14,293 nucleotides of DNA, from positions 1-14,293 of the forward strand of contig JANLOX010000280.1 of NCBI GenBank assembly GCA_031366795.1, read 5' to 3'. Below, piece after piece: positions 1 through 8,900 of the stretch. Origin of the DNA: Candidatus Eiseniibacteriota bacterium. GTDB taxonomy: Bacteria > Eisenbacteria > RBG-16-71-46. The notes beneath the pieces were generated by a model that made no database searches, was not told the origin of the DNA, and saw nothing but the letters and a program-made list of their open reading frames with translations. A program made the translations under genes and the position numbers. Position 1 is the first letter of the stretch. Each line of letters begins with the position of its first letter.

Positions 1-2705
1 CCCAACTGGCCGTCGCGCGCGCTGTCCTTCGTGCGCTCGTCGGCCTTCTCGGCGCTGTCGATGTCGGAGGTCTTGTAGTCGACGAGCACGATCCCTCCGT
101 CGCGCTGGTCGATGCGGTCGAAGCGGCCGCTGACGATGTCCTGCGGGGACAGCTTGAACTTGAACTCCCGCTCGATCGCCAGCGGCAGCTTGCCCGAAGC
201 GTCCTCGCGTTCGACGAAGCGTCGCAGCGTCGCGCGGCCTTCCTCGAGCCGCAGTTCCTCGTGCTCGCGCGAGTAGAACCCCTCGCTCGACCAGGCGCCC
301 TCGAATGCTGCGACGACATCGTCCGCCGTGATCGGGTGGGCGCGCATGCGGTGCTGGTGGTAGACACGAATCGCATGGTGAATGGCGATGCCGTACATCA
401 GCTGCGGATCGCTGGCCAGCGGCACCTGCGCGATGTGCGCGTAGCGGTACTTGAGCGGGCAGGTAAGGAAGTCGTCGATGCGGCTGTGCGAGATTTCCAG
501 CGGTTGGTCAGGGGGCAGCGGCAGGATCTCGGGTGCCGCGGATTCGGCGGCGGGAGCGTAGCGCTCGATCGCCTCGAGCGCCGTGGCGCCCGCCGCTCCC
601 TTCGCGGGGGCCGGCAACTGGAGTGCCTCGAACACGAAGCGGCTCGGCTTGGCCGCGCGCTTGCCGCCGTAATCGGCGGCGTGCGACATGACCAGGCGAT
701 CGCGCGCGCGCGTCATGCCGACGTAGCACAGCCGCCGCTCCTCGCGATAGTGCTCTTCCTTTTCGTCACTGGCACCGTGCCGCAACTCCAGCGGGAACTC
801 GAGCTGGTCGCCGCGCGGGTAAGGGGGGAATCGCTGCTCCACCAGGTGCACCAGGTAGACCACCGGGAACTCGAGCCCCTTCGCGTTGTGCGCGGTGAGC
901 AGGCTGACGACGTTTTCCTCGAGATCGACTTCGGCGGCACTCGGGTCGTCGCCCATTTCGATGAGCAAGTCGAGGTGCTGGATGAACTGGTCCGCGCGAT
1001 CCTGCTGCAGCAGCGGCCCCACACGCGTCACGATGCGGAACAGCTTGTTGAGGTTCTGCACCTTCTCGACCGACTCGGCCGATTCATCGGCGGCGAGTCG
1101 GCCGAGTAGCCCGCTCTCGGTGACGAACTGGTACAGCACCTCGGAGGTGGGCCGGCTCTGGGCGCGCGAACACAGTTCGCGGTGCAGCGCGAAGAAGCGT
1201 TCCACTGCTTCGACCGTGGCGGGCGCCACCTGGCCGTCCGCGGCGGCTTTCAAGGCGAGTTCCCGCAACGGGCGGTTCAGCCGCTTGGCGCGCGCGCCGA
1301 GTGCCGCGAGATCGACCGGGTCGGCGCCGAACAACGGATCCCCCAGCGCGAAGTGGATCGGCGCGCCTTCGTTCGGGAACGCCACGCTGCGCAGCACGTT
1401 CAAGCACAGCATCACCTCGGGGCGCGCGTACAGCCCGCGCGTGCTGACCCGGCGGAAACGCACGCCCTGCGCCTTGAGCGCCTGCGCGAACAGGTCGAGA
1501 CTCGAGTGTGATCGCGCGAGCACCGCGAAGTCGGCGGCGTGGTACTCGCCGCTCGCGACCGCTGCGGCGATCTCTGCTGCGACCGTTTCCGATTCGTCGC
1601 TCGCCGTGGCGAACGAGCGATGCTCGACGGTCGCGACGTCACCGCGATCGGCGATCAGGCGCTTGTCAAAGCCCGCCTTCGCCTCGAGGCGCTCGGGGTT
1701 GTTGTTGCTGATCAACCGGTGCGAGGCATCGAGCACCGCCTGGCCGGAGCGGTAGTTGTGCCGCAGCACCAGCACCCGCGTGCCCGCGAACGCTTCGATG
1801 AAACCGAGCAGGTTCTCGATCTTGGCGCCGCGGAAGCGGTAGATGCTCTGGTCGTCGTCGCCCACGACCGTCAGGTTGCGCCGCTCGCCGGCCAGCAGCT
1901 TCACCAGTTCGAATTGCACGTGATTGGTGTCCTGGAACTCATCGACCAGCACATAGCGGAAGCGGTCCTGGTACTCGCGCCGCAGGTAGGGCCGTTCGCG
2001 CAGCAGCCGAAGTGCCAGGCTGATCTGCGCGCCGAAGTCGACGCGGCCGTGCTTGAGCAGCAACTGCTGGTAGGCGGCATAGGCGTCCGCCTTCTCGAGT
2101 TCGGCGGCGGCGCGATCCTTCAGCGCCGAATCGCTGCCCGCGGTTGCCGCGAGCCGCTCGGCGAAGGCGCGGTACGCCTCGGGCGTGACGTCCTCGTCGC
2201 GCGCGCGGTCGAACACGCCGACCAGCGCGCGCAGGTGCTCGTCAGGATTGCCGAGCGGACGGTAGCGCTTGAGCGGCAACTCGAGGATGCGCTCGCGCAG
2301 GAACACCAGGATCTCGGCCGGAGTTTCGACGCGCAATTGCGAGGTCAGCCCGAGTTCGACGGCATGCTCGCGCACCATCCGGTCGCAGAAGGCGTGAAAC
2401 GTGCTGATGGTCGCGCCCACGAAGCCGTACGGCACCAGCACGTCGACGCGCGACTCCATCTCGGCCGCGGCTTTGTCGGTGAAGGTCAGCGCCAGGATCT
2501 GTTCGGGCCGCGCGCGCTTGGTCGCGATCAGCCAGGCGATGCGCCGCGTGATCACCTGCGTCTTGCCCGTGCCGGCGCCGGCGACAATCAACAGCGGCCC
2601 CTCGCCATGCGTCACGGCCTCGCGCTGCTCGTCGTTGAGGCCGCGCTGGATGGGGTCGTCCGTGGCGGCGGGCGGCGGCGTGGTGGACAAGGGAAGTTCG
2701 GTCAT
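1..2705 (-). CDS. UvrD/PcrA-family (SF1A) ATP-dependent DNA helicase fused to a C-terminal PD-(D/E)XK RecB-like nuclease (AdnA/AdnB-like); 3' end lies outside the window
   Basis: Translated by hand from ATG 2705-2703; open for 901 codons to the window edge (MTELPLSTTPPP...). All SF1A motifs are present: Q LNDEQREAV, I AGAGTGKT, Ia LTFTDKAA, Ib STFHAFC, II VDEFQD, III VGDDDQSIYRFRGA, IV NYRS, V TAHNAKGLEF, VI EERRLCYVGMTRAR. Nuclease motifs follow: SHSRIDDFLTCPLKY, GIAIH, GRFDRID, LVDYKT (DYK at 80-72), QL. Confidence 0.95.
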   Translation of the reverse strand, partial: MTELPLSTTPPPAATDDPIQRGLNDEQREAVTHGEGPLLIVAGAGTGKTQVITRRIAWLIATKRARPEQILALTFTDKAAAEMESRVDVLVPYGFVGATISTFHAFCDRMVREHAVELGLTSQLRVETPAEILVFLRERILELPLKRYRPLGNPDEHLRALVGVFDRARDEDVTPEAYRAFAERLAATAGSDSALKDRAAAELEKADAYAAYQQLLLKHGRVDFGAQISLALRLLRERPYLRREYQDRFRYVLVDEFQDTNHVQFELVKLLAGERRNLTVVGDDDQSIYRFRGAKIENLLGFIEAFAGTRVLVLRHNYRSGQAVLDASHRLISNNNPERLEAKAGFDKRLIADRGDVATVEHRSFATASDESETVAAEIAAAVASGEYHAADFAVLARSHSSLDLFAQALKAQGVRFRRVSTRGLYARPEVMLCLNVLRSVAFPNEGAPIHFALGDPLFGADPVDLAALGARAKRLNRPLRELALKAAADGQVAPATVEAVERFFALHRELCSRAQSRPTSEVLYQFVTESGLLGRLAADESAESVEKVQNLNKLFRIVTRVGPLLQQDRADQFIQHLDLLIEMGDDPSAAEVDLEENVVSLLTAHNAKGLEFPVVYLVHLVEQRFPPYPRGDQLEFPLELRHGASDEKEEHYREERRLCYVGMTRARDRLVMSHAADYGGKRAAKPSRFVFEALQLPAPAKGAAGATALEAIERYAPAAESAAPEILPLPPDQPLEISHSRIDDFLTCPLKYRYAHIAQVPLASDPQLMYGIAIHHAIRVYHQHRMRAHPITADDVVAAFEGAWSSEGFYSREHEELRLEEGRATLRRFVEREDASGKLPLAIEREFKFKLSPQDIVSGRFDRIDQRDGGIVLVDYKTSDIDSAEKADERTKDSARDGQL

Positions 2706-4213
2706 AGGGGCCTCGCGGCGCCGCCCGCCGCGGGCGCGGGGAGAATGCGCACGTCGGCGTGGAACCATTGGTCGAGTGGATCGCGAGGGCGCATCGGTGG
2801 GGCGGCGGTCGCCGCCGCGGAGTCCGGCAGCGCGTTGAAGCCCTCGAGTGTCACCGCGACCGTGGGACGATGCGTCGTCCACGCGGCGAAGTCGGGAGTG
2901 TCCGAATACATGAGCCTGCGCCGAAACGCGACCGCCGAGCGCGAGCCGAGTTCCGCGCGTTCGTGTGTGAGCCAACCGCGCAGTGCCGATGCCTGGCGCG
3001 CTTCGATCGTCCACGCCCTCACGGTGAAGGGGAGCAGCGCGAGCAGCAGCACCGCGGCCAGCTGCCGCGTCCGCCCATAGCCCCCGCCGAGTGACATGAC
3101 GCCCCATGCGGCACCGGCAGCCCACAGCGGCAGGAACACCGCGACGTAGCGCTCCGAGGGCTCCGTTAGCGTGCACACGATGAAAGGAATGAGCGCGGCA
3201 CCGATCGCGGCCCAGCCAAGACGTCGCGTGGCGCGGGCTGTCCATACATTGAGCAGTCCCACCGCGGCGAACAGACCGAGCCCTGGGCCCGGCGTCATCA
3301 GCATGTGCTTGATGGCGCGCGGCGCCATGTGCAGCCACTTGCCCGGTAGCGCTTCGAGCGACTGGAACACTGGGGCGGGCCAGCGGGCAAGGGGAAGTGC
3401 AAAGTCCCACAGCGGTGACAGTCCCGGATGTGCGGGCGTGTAGGCGATCAACATGTAGGACGACAGGTTGAACATGGGAGAGCCCGAGGCGATCCAGGTG
3501 TGGATTACCCACGGCGCGGTCACGAGTGCGGCGGCGCCTGCGAAGCTCAAGTTGCGGGGCAATCCCAACAGCCACCACACGATGGGGACCAGCAGCAGCA
3601 ACTCCGGCCGCACGAGCGCCCCGAGTCCCACGACGAGCCCGGCCGCAAACGGACGCGGCTTGGGGCGCGCGAGTAAATCGATCACAAGTGCAACAGCGCA
3701 GGCGCCGGCGGCGGGGGCGATGTCGTGATGCACCATCCGCAGCATGACCGGCGACAGGGTGACGAGTGCCGCGGCGAGCGCGCCGGTCGAGCCGCCGACG
3801 CTGCGCGCCACCGCGCGCGCCGTGAACACCGCCGCGAGCACGGCGAAGGTAGCCGCGAGCCACGCTGCCGAGTCGATCGAGGCGCCTCCGGCGAGCGCGA
3901 CCCATGGCGCGAGCAGCAGCGACAGCAGCGGGCCGTGCACGAGCACCGGCACCGTGAGGCCTGCGTCGCGCAGCGCCCACAGTGGCGGATGAATCATCAG
4001 CGTGCGGAACCCGTGTCCCTCGAGCAGGCTGCGCGCCACGAGCCCGTATTCCCACGTATCGTCGAGCGGATGCGGCGTGCCCCCGCGCAGGATCGCGAGG
4101 TCGAGGATCCAGACGCACGATGCGGGCAATGCGACGAGCGCGAGGTTCAAGCGCCCGCGCTTGCCCGTGGCGTGAAGCGTCACTACACTGCCCCGCCCAT
4201 GTCTCGACGGCAC
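2702..4213 (-). CDS. Multi-pass membrane glycosyltransferase, GT-C fold (ArnT/PMT-like); substrate unknown
   Basis: Many hydrophobic segments. Acidic DD motif in the first loop after TM1 (HPLDDTWEY...ARSLLEGHG), plus PLL, RPE and ERY motifs and a short soluble C-terminal region. Start is either GTG 4213 (AGGAGG 4 nt upstream) or GTG 4183. Stop TGA overlaps the helicase ATG (ATGA). Confidence 0.75.
   Translation of the reverse strand: MPSRHGRGSVVTLHATGKRGRLNLALVALPASCVWILDLAILRGGTPHPLDDTWEYGLVARSLLEGHGFRTLMIHPPLWALRDAGLTVPVLVHGPLLSLLLAPWVALAGGASIDSAAWLAATFAVLAAVFTARAVARSVGGSTGALAAALVTLSPVMLRMVHHDIAPAAGACAVALVIDLLARPKPRPFAAGLVVGLGALVRPELLLLVPIVWWLLGLPRNLSFAGAAALVTAPWVIHTWIASGSPMFNLSSYMLIAYTPAHPGLSPLWDFALPLARWPAPVFQSLEALPGKWLHMAPRAIKHMLMTPGPGLGLFAAVGLLNVWTARATRRLGWAAIGAALIPFIVCTLTEPSERYVAVFLPLWAAGAAWGVMSLGGGYGRTRQLAAVLLLALLPFTVRAWTIEARQASALRGWLTHERAELGSRSAVAFRRRLMYSDTPDFAAWTTHRPTVAVTLEGFNALPDSAAATAAPPMRPRDPLDQWFHADVRILPAPAAGGAARPL
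4161..4189 (+). promoter_or_regulatory. Candidate sigma70-type promoter for the solute-binding protein gene
   Basis: TTGCCC (4161-4166), 17-nt spacer, TACACT (4184-4189); ATG follows at 4199 with no SD between. Confidence 0.5.
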
Positions 4214-5749
4214 TTATCCTCCTGGACCCGCGCAACGCTTCCGGCATGCATCGCCGCGATGTTCCTGTACTCCGCGGGTTGCGGCCCGCGCGCCTCGCTG
4301 CCTAAGCCTCGCGCCACGTGGGTTCTTGGCGTCGATGCCCCGATGTTCGATCCCGATGGTCCGCCCGATCCGCCGCGCGCGGCGGTCGAGCACCTGCTGA
4401 CGCGGGGTCTCGTCGAGGAGGACTCGACGGGACGCGTCGTGCCGGTGGCCGCGGAACGCATCGAAGTATCCAAGGACAGCCTACTCTACACGTTTCGCCT
4501 TAAACCCGGCCTGCGTTTCACCGACGGCTCGCCGTGCCGCAGCGAGCTGTTCCGCGACGCGCTGCGCGAGGGGCTCGCGCGCACCGATCATTCGACGCGG
4601 CGCTGGCAACTCGCCGCGGTGCGCGGAGTCGACGCCATCCGCAACGGCCGCGCGCTGCCCACACTGGGCATCGACGCGCCGGATTCACTCACGCTCACGC
4701 TGCGCCTCGAGTTTGCCGACCGCAGGTTGATGAGCCGCCTGGCATTCCCGGGCACGACCGATGCATGGAAGCAGCGCGCGGGAATCGGCTGGGCTGCCGC
4801 GATCGGGCTGGGGCCGCTCCGCGTGCTGCGCGCCGATTCGACGCGCGGCCTCGAACTAGTGCGCGCCGCCTCATCCTTCCCGCGCGCCGATCTCGCCGAC
4901 ACCATGAGCGTGCGCTTCGTGCCAAATGCGGCGCGCGTGCGCGCGCTGGTGCGCTCAGGCCGTCCCGATCTCGTGTGGCCGCTGCCCGCCGGGTTCCTCA
5001 GCGAACCCGTGCCCGCCTCGTACCGCCGTGTAGCGCAGGCCGCGCGCCCCGAGCGCTGGCTGCTGTTGGTCATGCGCGCCGACTTGCCGCCCACCACCAA
5101 GTTGCCTGCGCGCCACGCGCTGGGCCACGGCATCAATCGCACTGAACTCCTCAGGACGCTCGCGGGACGCGCCAGCGAAGTGGGGGCCTGGATCCCGGGT
5201 GCAGCCTCATTCGACTTCCCGCGGCTCGATCCCCAGGAGATCGAATTGTGGCGCGAGCGCGGCAAGCTCGGGCGCTCGTTCCATGTCGACATGGCGTATG
5301 ACGCCAACGGGCCGGCAGCGGAGATCGCTCGCAATCTGCAAGGCGAATGGGCTTCGCATGCGATTTACGTCGAGCTGCTGCCGGTGACCGGTGCAAAACG
5401 CCGCGCGCAATTCCTCAACGGCCGCGCGCACCTCGTGCTGGCCGATGTGCAGGAACTCGAGACCGATCCCGCCGGTTTGCTGGCGACCCTGGTGATGCCG
5501 GCGCGCGGGGCCGCGGTGGGCGCTGTGCGCAGCGGTTGGCGAACCCGCGACTTTGATCCGTGGGTCCTGCCCACTCGCCATGAGGCCCCGTGGGACCCAG
5601 CCTGGGTCGAGCGCAGGCTCGAAGAAGAGCGCGTCGTGCTGCCCCTGGCGCGCCTCCCGTGGGTGTGGTTGGAGCGGGCTGCGGGCCCAGTTGCCGCCTA
5701 TCACCCGCGTTTTGGCCCGGAATGCCCCAGTCCGGCCGTGCCGCGATAA
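4199..5749 (+). CDS. ABC transporter substrate-binding lipoprotein, family 5 (OppA/DppA-like), divergent, 516 aa
   Basis: The start is moved from the track's 3725 to ATG 4199, which gives a basic N-region, a hydrophobic stretch and lipobox SAG-C28. Family-5 signature VVPVAAERIEVSKDSLLYTFRLKPGLRFTDGSP; degenerate IGLGP and ARHALGHGINR motifs. Confidence 0.82.
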   Translation: MSRRHLSSWTRATLPACIAAMFLYSAGCGPRASLPKPRATWVLGVDAPMFDPDGPPDPPRAAVEHLLTRGLVEEDSTGRVVPVAAERIEVSKDSLLYTFRLKPGLRFTDGSPCRSELFRDALREGLARTDHSTRRWQLAAVRGVDAIRNGRALPTLGIDAPDSLTLTLRLEFADRRLMSRLAFPGTTDAWKQRAGIGWAAAIGLGPLRVLRADSTRGLELVRAASSFPRADLADTMSVRFVPNAARVRALVRSGRPDLVWPLPAGFLSEPVPASYRRVAQAARPERWLLLVMRADLPPTTKLPARHALGHGINRTELLRTLAGRASEVGAWIPGAASFDFPRLDPQEIELWRERGKLGRSFHVDMAYDANGPAAEIARNLQGEWASHAIYVELLPVTGAKRRAQFLNGRAHLVLADVQELETDPAGLLATLVMPARGAAVGAVRSGWRTRDFDPWVLPTRHEAPWDPAWVERRLEEERVVLPLARLPWVWLERAAGPVAAYHPRFGPECPSPAVPR

Positions 5750-5784
5750 TCGCGTCCGTATGACGCCGGGCGCAATCTAAAGCG

Positions 5785-5814
5785 TTGACCCGGCTTCGGG
5801 CGCTTCACTATCGT
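5785..5814 (+). promoter_or_regulatory. Candidate sigma70-type promoter for the C25 peptidase gene
   Basis: TTGACC (5785-5790), 18-nt spacer, TATCGT (5809-5814) in a locally AT-richer intergenic patch; GAGG at 5929-5932 before ATG 5944. Confidence 0.5.
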
Positions 5815-5943
5815 TAAGGGAGCTCCACCGCTCCGTTCGTGAGCGGCCCAACGCATGGGGCGACCACTCCCGTTGTCCGGTCGCTCGACGGCTGCGCCGT
5901 GCTCTGATTCCAACCGCTCCGCTCCTACGAGGCAAGCCCCCTA

Positions 5944-8900
5944 ATGAGAATTCGCTTTGTCTGGGCTTCGATCGCTTCACTGGTCTTGGTTGCATCCGGC
6001 GCCGCGGCCAGCACGACGCTCGAACGGGATTTCAATTTCAGCCCCGAACAAATCCAAATCAAACAGACGGCTGGCGCGACCAGCGTGAGCTTCAAAGGTG
6101 CGGTTCCGAGCATTGATGCGGGACGCCCCGAGCTGCCTTGGGTTTCCGAGTTCGTGGACGTCCCGCAAGGGATGCAGATCGCCTCAGTCGAGGCCGTCGA
6201 GGTGCAGACCCAATCGTTGGCCAGCGGTGTGCGGTTGCCCAGCGCATGGGCTGCCAGGCCCGACGCGGGCGGCGAAGCGACACGCAGCACTCCTGATGTG
6301 TGGGCATTCTCGCGGCCGGGCGTGCAGCCCGCCCAGCCCGTCGAGCTCGGCGTACAGGGTTGGCAACGCGGGCGGAGCGTCGCGGCCCTGCGCATCTGTC
6401 CGGTGCGTTGGGATGCGGCCACGGGACGCCTCGAAGGCATCACGCACCTGCGCGTGCGCATGACGCTCGAGCCGGCGACCACGCAACCTGTGCCGCGCCT
6501 GCGTGTCGTCCCCGAGTGGGAAGAGCACGCGACGCGCGGGCCGCTGCGCACGAGCGCCTCGGTCACCGCGCAAGGATTCGGCGGCCGCAAGGGCAACGGC
6601 ACTCTGGCGGCCACCCAGATTCCTTCCGTGCTGGGCAGCCCGGTCGAATACGTCATCATCACCAATGACGACATGGCAGGGGAGTTCCGGCGGCTGGCGG
6701 ATTGGAAGACTCAGTCCGGCGTGCCGGCGGTGGTGCGCACGATGTCGTTCATTCGCAGCCAGTATCCGCGTGGCTCCGATGATGCCGAGCGGCTGCGCGA
6801 CTTCATTCGCGACGCCTACTCGCGCTGGGGCGCGAAGTGGATCCTGCTCGGCGGCGACAGCGATGTCATTCCGGTGCGGCTTGCCCGCACGACCTACTTC
6901 AGCGGCGAGGATATCGCCTCCGACCTCTATTACTCGTGCCTCGATGGCAATTGGGATCGCGACGGCGACTCGCAGTATGGCGAGGGCTACATCAACGCCA
7001 GCACAGTCGGCGACTCGATCGACCTGTTGCCGGAAGTCTACGTGGGCCGCGCCCCGGCCAGCACGGTGGCCGAGGCGAAGCAGTTCGTGGACCGCACGCT
7101 GTCCTACGAGAAGACGCCGGTCGGTGACTACGAGAAGAATCTCCTGATCTTCGCCGAGGTGCTGTTCCCCGAGGACTGGAAGCCGGGCGACTCGATCCTG
7201 CTCGATGGCGGATCGCTGGGCGACGAGTTGTTGCCCTACATCGCCCAGAACCCCTCGATGCGCACGGCGAGGCTCTACCAGAACAACACCGGCGCATGGG
7301 TGCCGCCCGTGTACCCGGAGACGCGCAAGGCCGTGATGGACTCGATTTCCAAGGGCTACGGCGTATCGGTTCACATCGGCCACGGCTATCGCAACGTCAT
7401 GTCGCTCGGCGATGGCAACGTATTCAATTCGGATGTGCTGGCGCTCACCAACGGCAGCCGCCTCACGAATCTATACGCCATCAATTGCACTTCGAACGCG
7501 ATCGACTTCCCGTGCATCGGCGAGGCGTTCCTCCACGCCGCCAATGGTGGCGCTGTGACGAGCGTCGGCTCCACGCGACTCGACTTCCCGTATGCCGGAC
7601 GGTTGTTCGAAAAGGAATTCTTCCGCCTCGTGTTCGACGACAGCATCACCGCGGTCGGCGAGGCGCAGGCCAAGCAAAAGCTGCCGCAGGTCTCGTCCTC
7701 GGGCACCGACAACGCCTACCGCTGGATGCAGCAATCGCTGTTATTGCTGGGCGACCCCGAGCTGCGCATCTGGACCGGTACGCCGCGCACCTTGAGCGTC
7801 GCCGCCCCCGCCAGTTTCTCGCTGAGTGACACCTCAATCGCCGCGATCGTGACGATCGGCGGCCAGCCGCTGGCGAATGCGCGCGTCACCGCCTATAAGG
7901 CGCGCGACGCGTTCCAGTCGGGCTTGACGGACGCCGCGGGCCTCGTGCGATTGCCCTTCCGTCTCGACAGCCTTGGAACGATCACCTTGACCGTGACCGG
8001 GTACGATTGCCGGCCCTACCAGGGGACCATCAACGTGACCCCCGCTGCCTCCGCGGTGCTCGGGGACGGCACGCCTACCATCGATGACGACGCGTTGGGC
8101 GGCACCAGCGGCGATGGCGATTCGATCTGGGACGCGGGTGAAACGATCGACTTGCGGATCCCGGTGCAGAACTCCGGCGGCCTCACGGCGTTCGGTGTCA
8201 GCGCGACGCTGTCTACCAGCGACCCCAATGTCACCATCACCACGCCCACGACCGCCTACGGCACTGTGGCAGCGGGGAGCACGGTCACGCCGGCGGGGGC
8301 GTTCCGGCTCAGCCTTGCCGCGACGTGCCCGGACCAGCGCGAGATCCCCTTCACGCTGACCATCACCGACGCCTCGCTCAACGCGCGCAAGCGTCCGCTG
8401 CAGTTGACCGTGCGTGCGCCGGACCTGCGTCACTTCGCGCATGACGTCAGCGACAACGGCAACAATAATGGGCAGCCGGATGTCGGCGAGACCGTGACCT
8501 ACCTGCCACACCTGAAGAACATGGGAACGGACAATGTACATACCGTGACGGCGGTGCTGCGCAACTACGACGGCTTCGTCACGGTCACCGACAGCGTCTC
8601 GACGTGGGGCGAAATGGCGCCAGGGCAGGAGAAGGTGGGCGATGCGCTGGTGTTCCAGCTGAACTCGCTGTCGGCGAAGATCGAACTGCGCGTCTCGGAT
8701 TCGCATGGCCTGCGCCTTACGCGTCTACTCGATGTCGTGGCCCCCGGCATTCCCAGCGGGCTCAAGGGTGTCGGCAAACCGACCAGCATCAACCTGCGCT
8801 GGAACCCAAATGCGGAAGGCGACCTGCTGGGCTACAACGTCTATCGCAGCCTGTCCGCCGGCGGGCCGTTCGCGCGCAGCAACTCGGTGCCCACTGACAA

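Noticed and set aside
261..3080. Long + strand ORFs 261-1109, 886-1755 and 1539-3080
   Set aside because: These are antisense shadows of the motif-complete helicase-nuclease on the minus strand. Long stop-free shadows are expected at high GC, and they show no recognisable domains.
3725..4198. 158-aa N-terminal extension of the solute-binding protein given in the ORF track
   Set aside because: It is antisense to the glycosyltransferase and low in complexity, and it would bury the lipoprotein signal that begins at ATG 4199.
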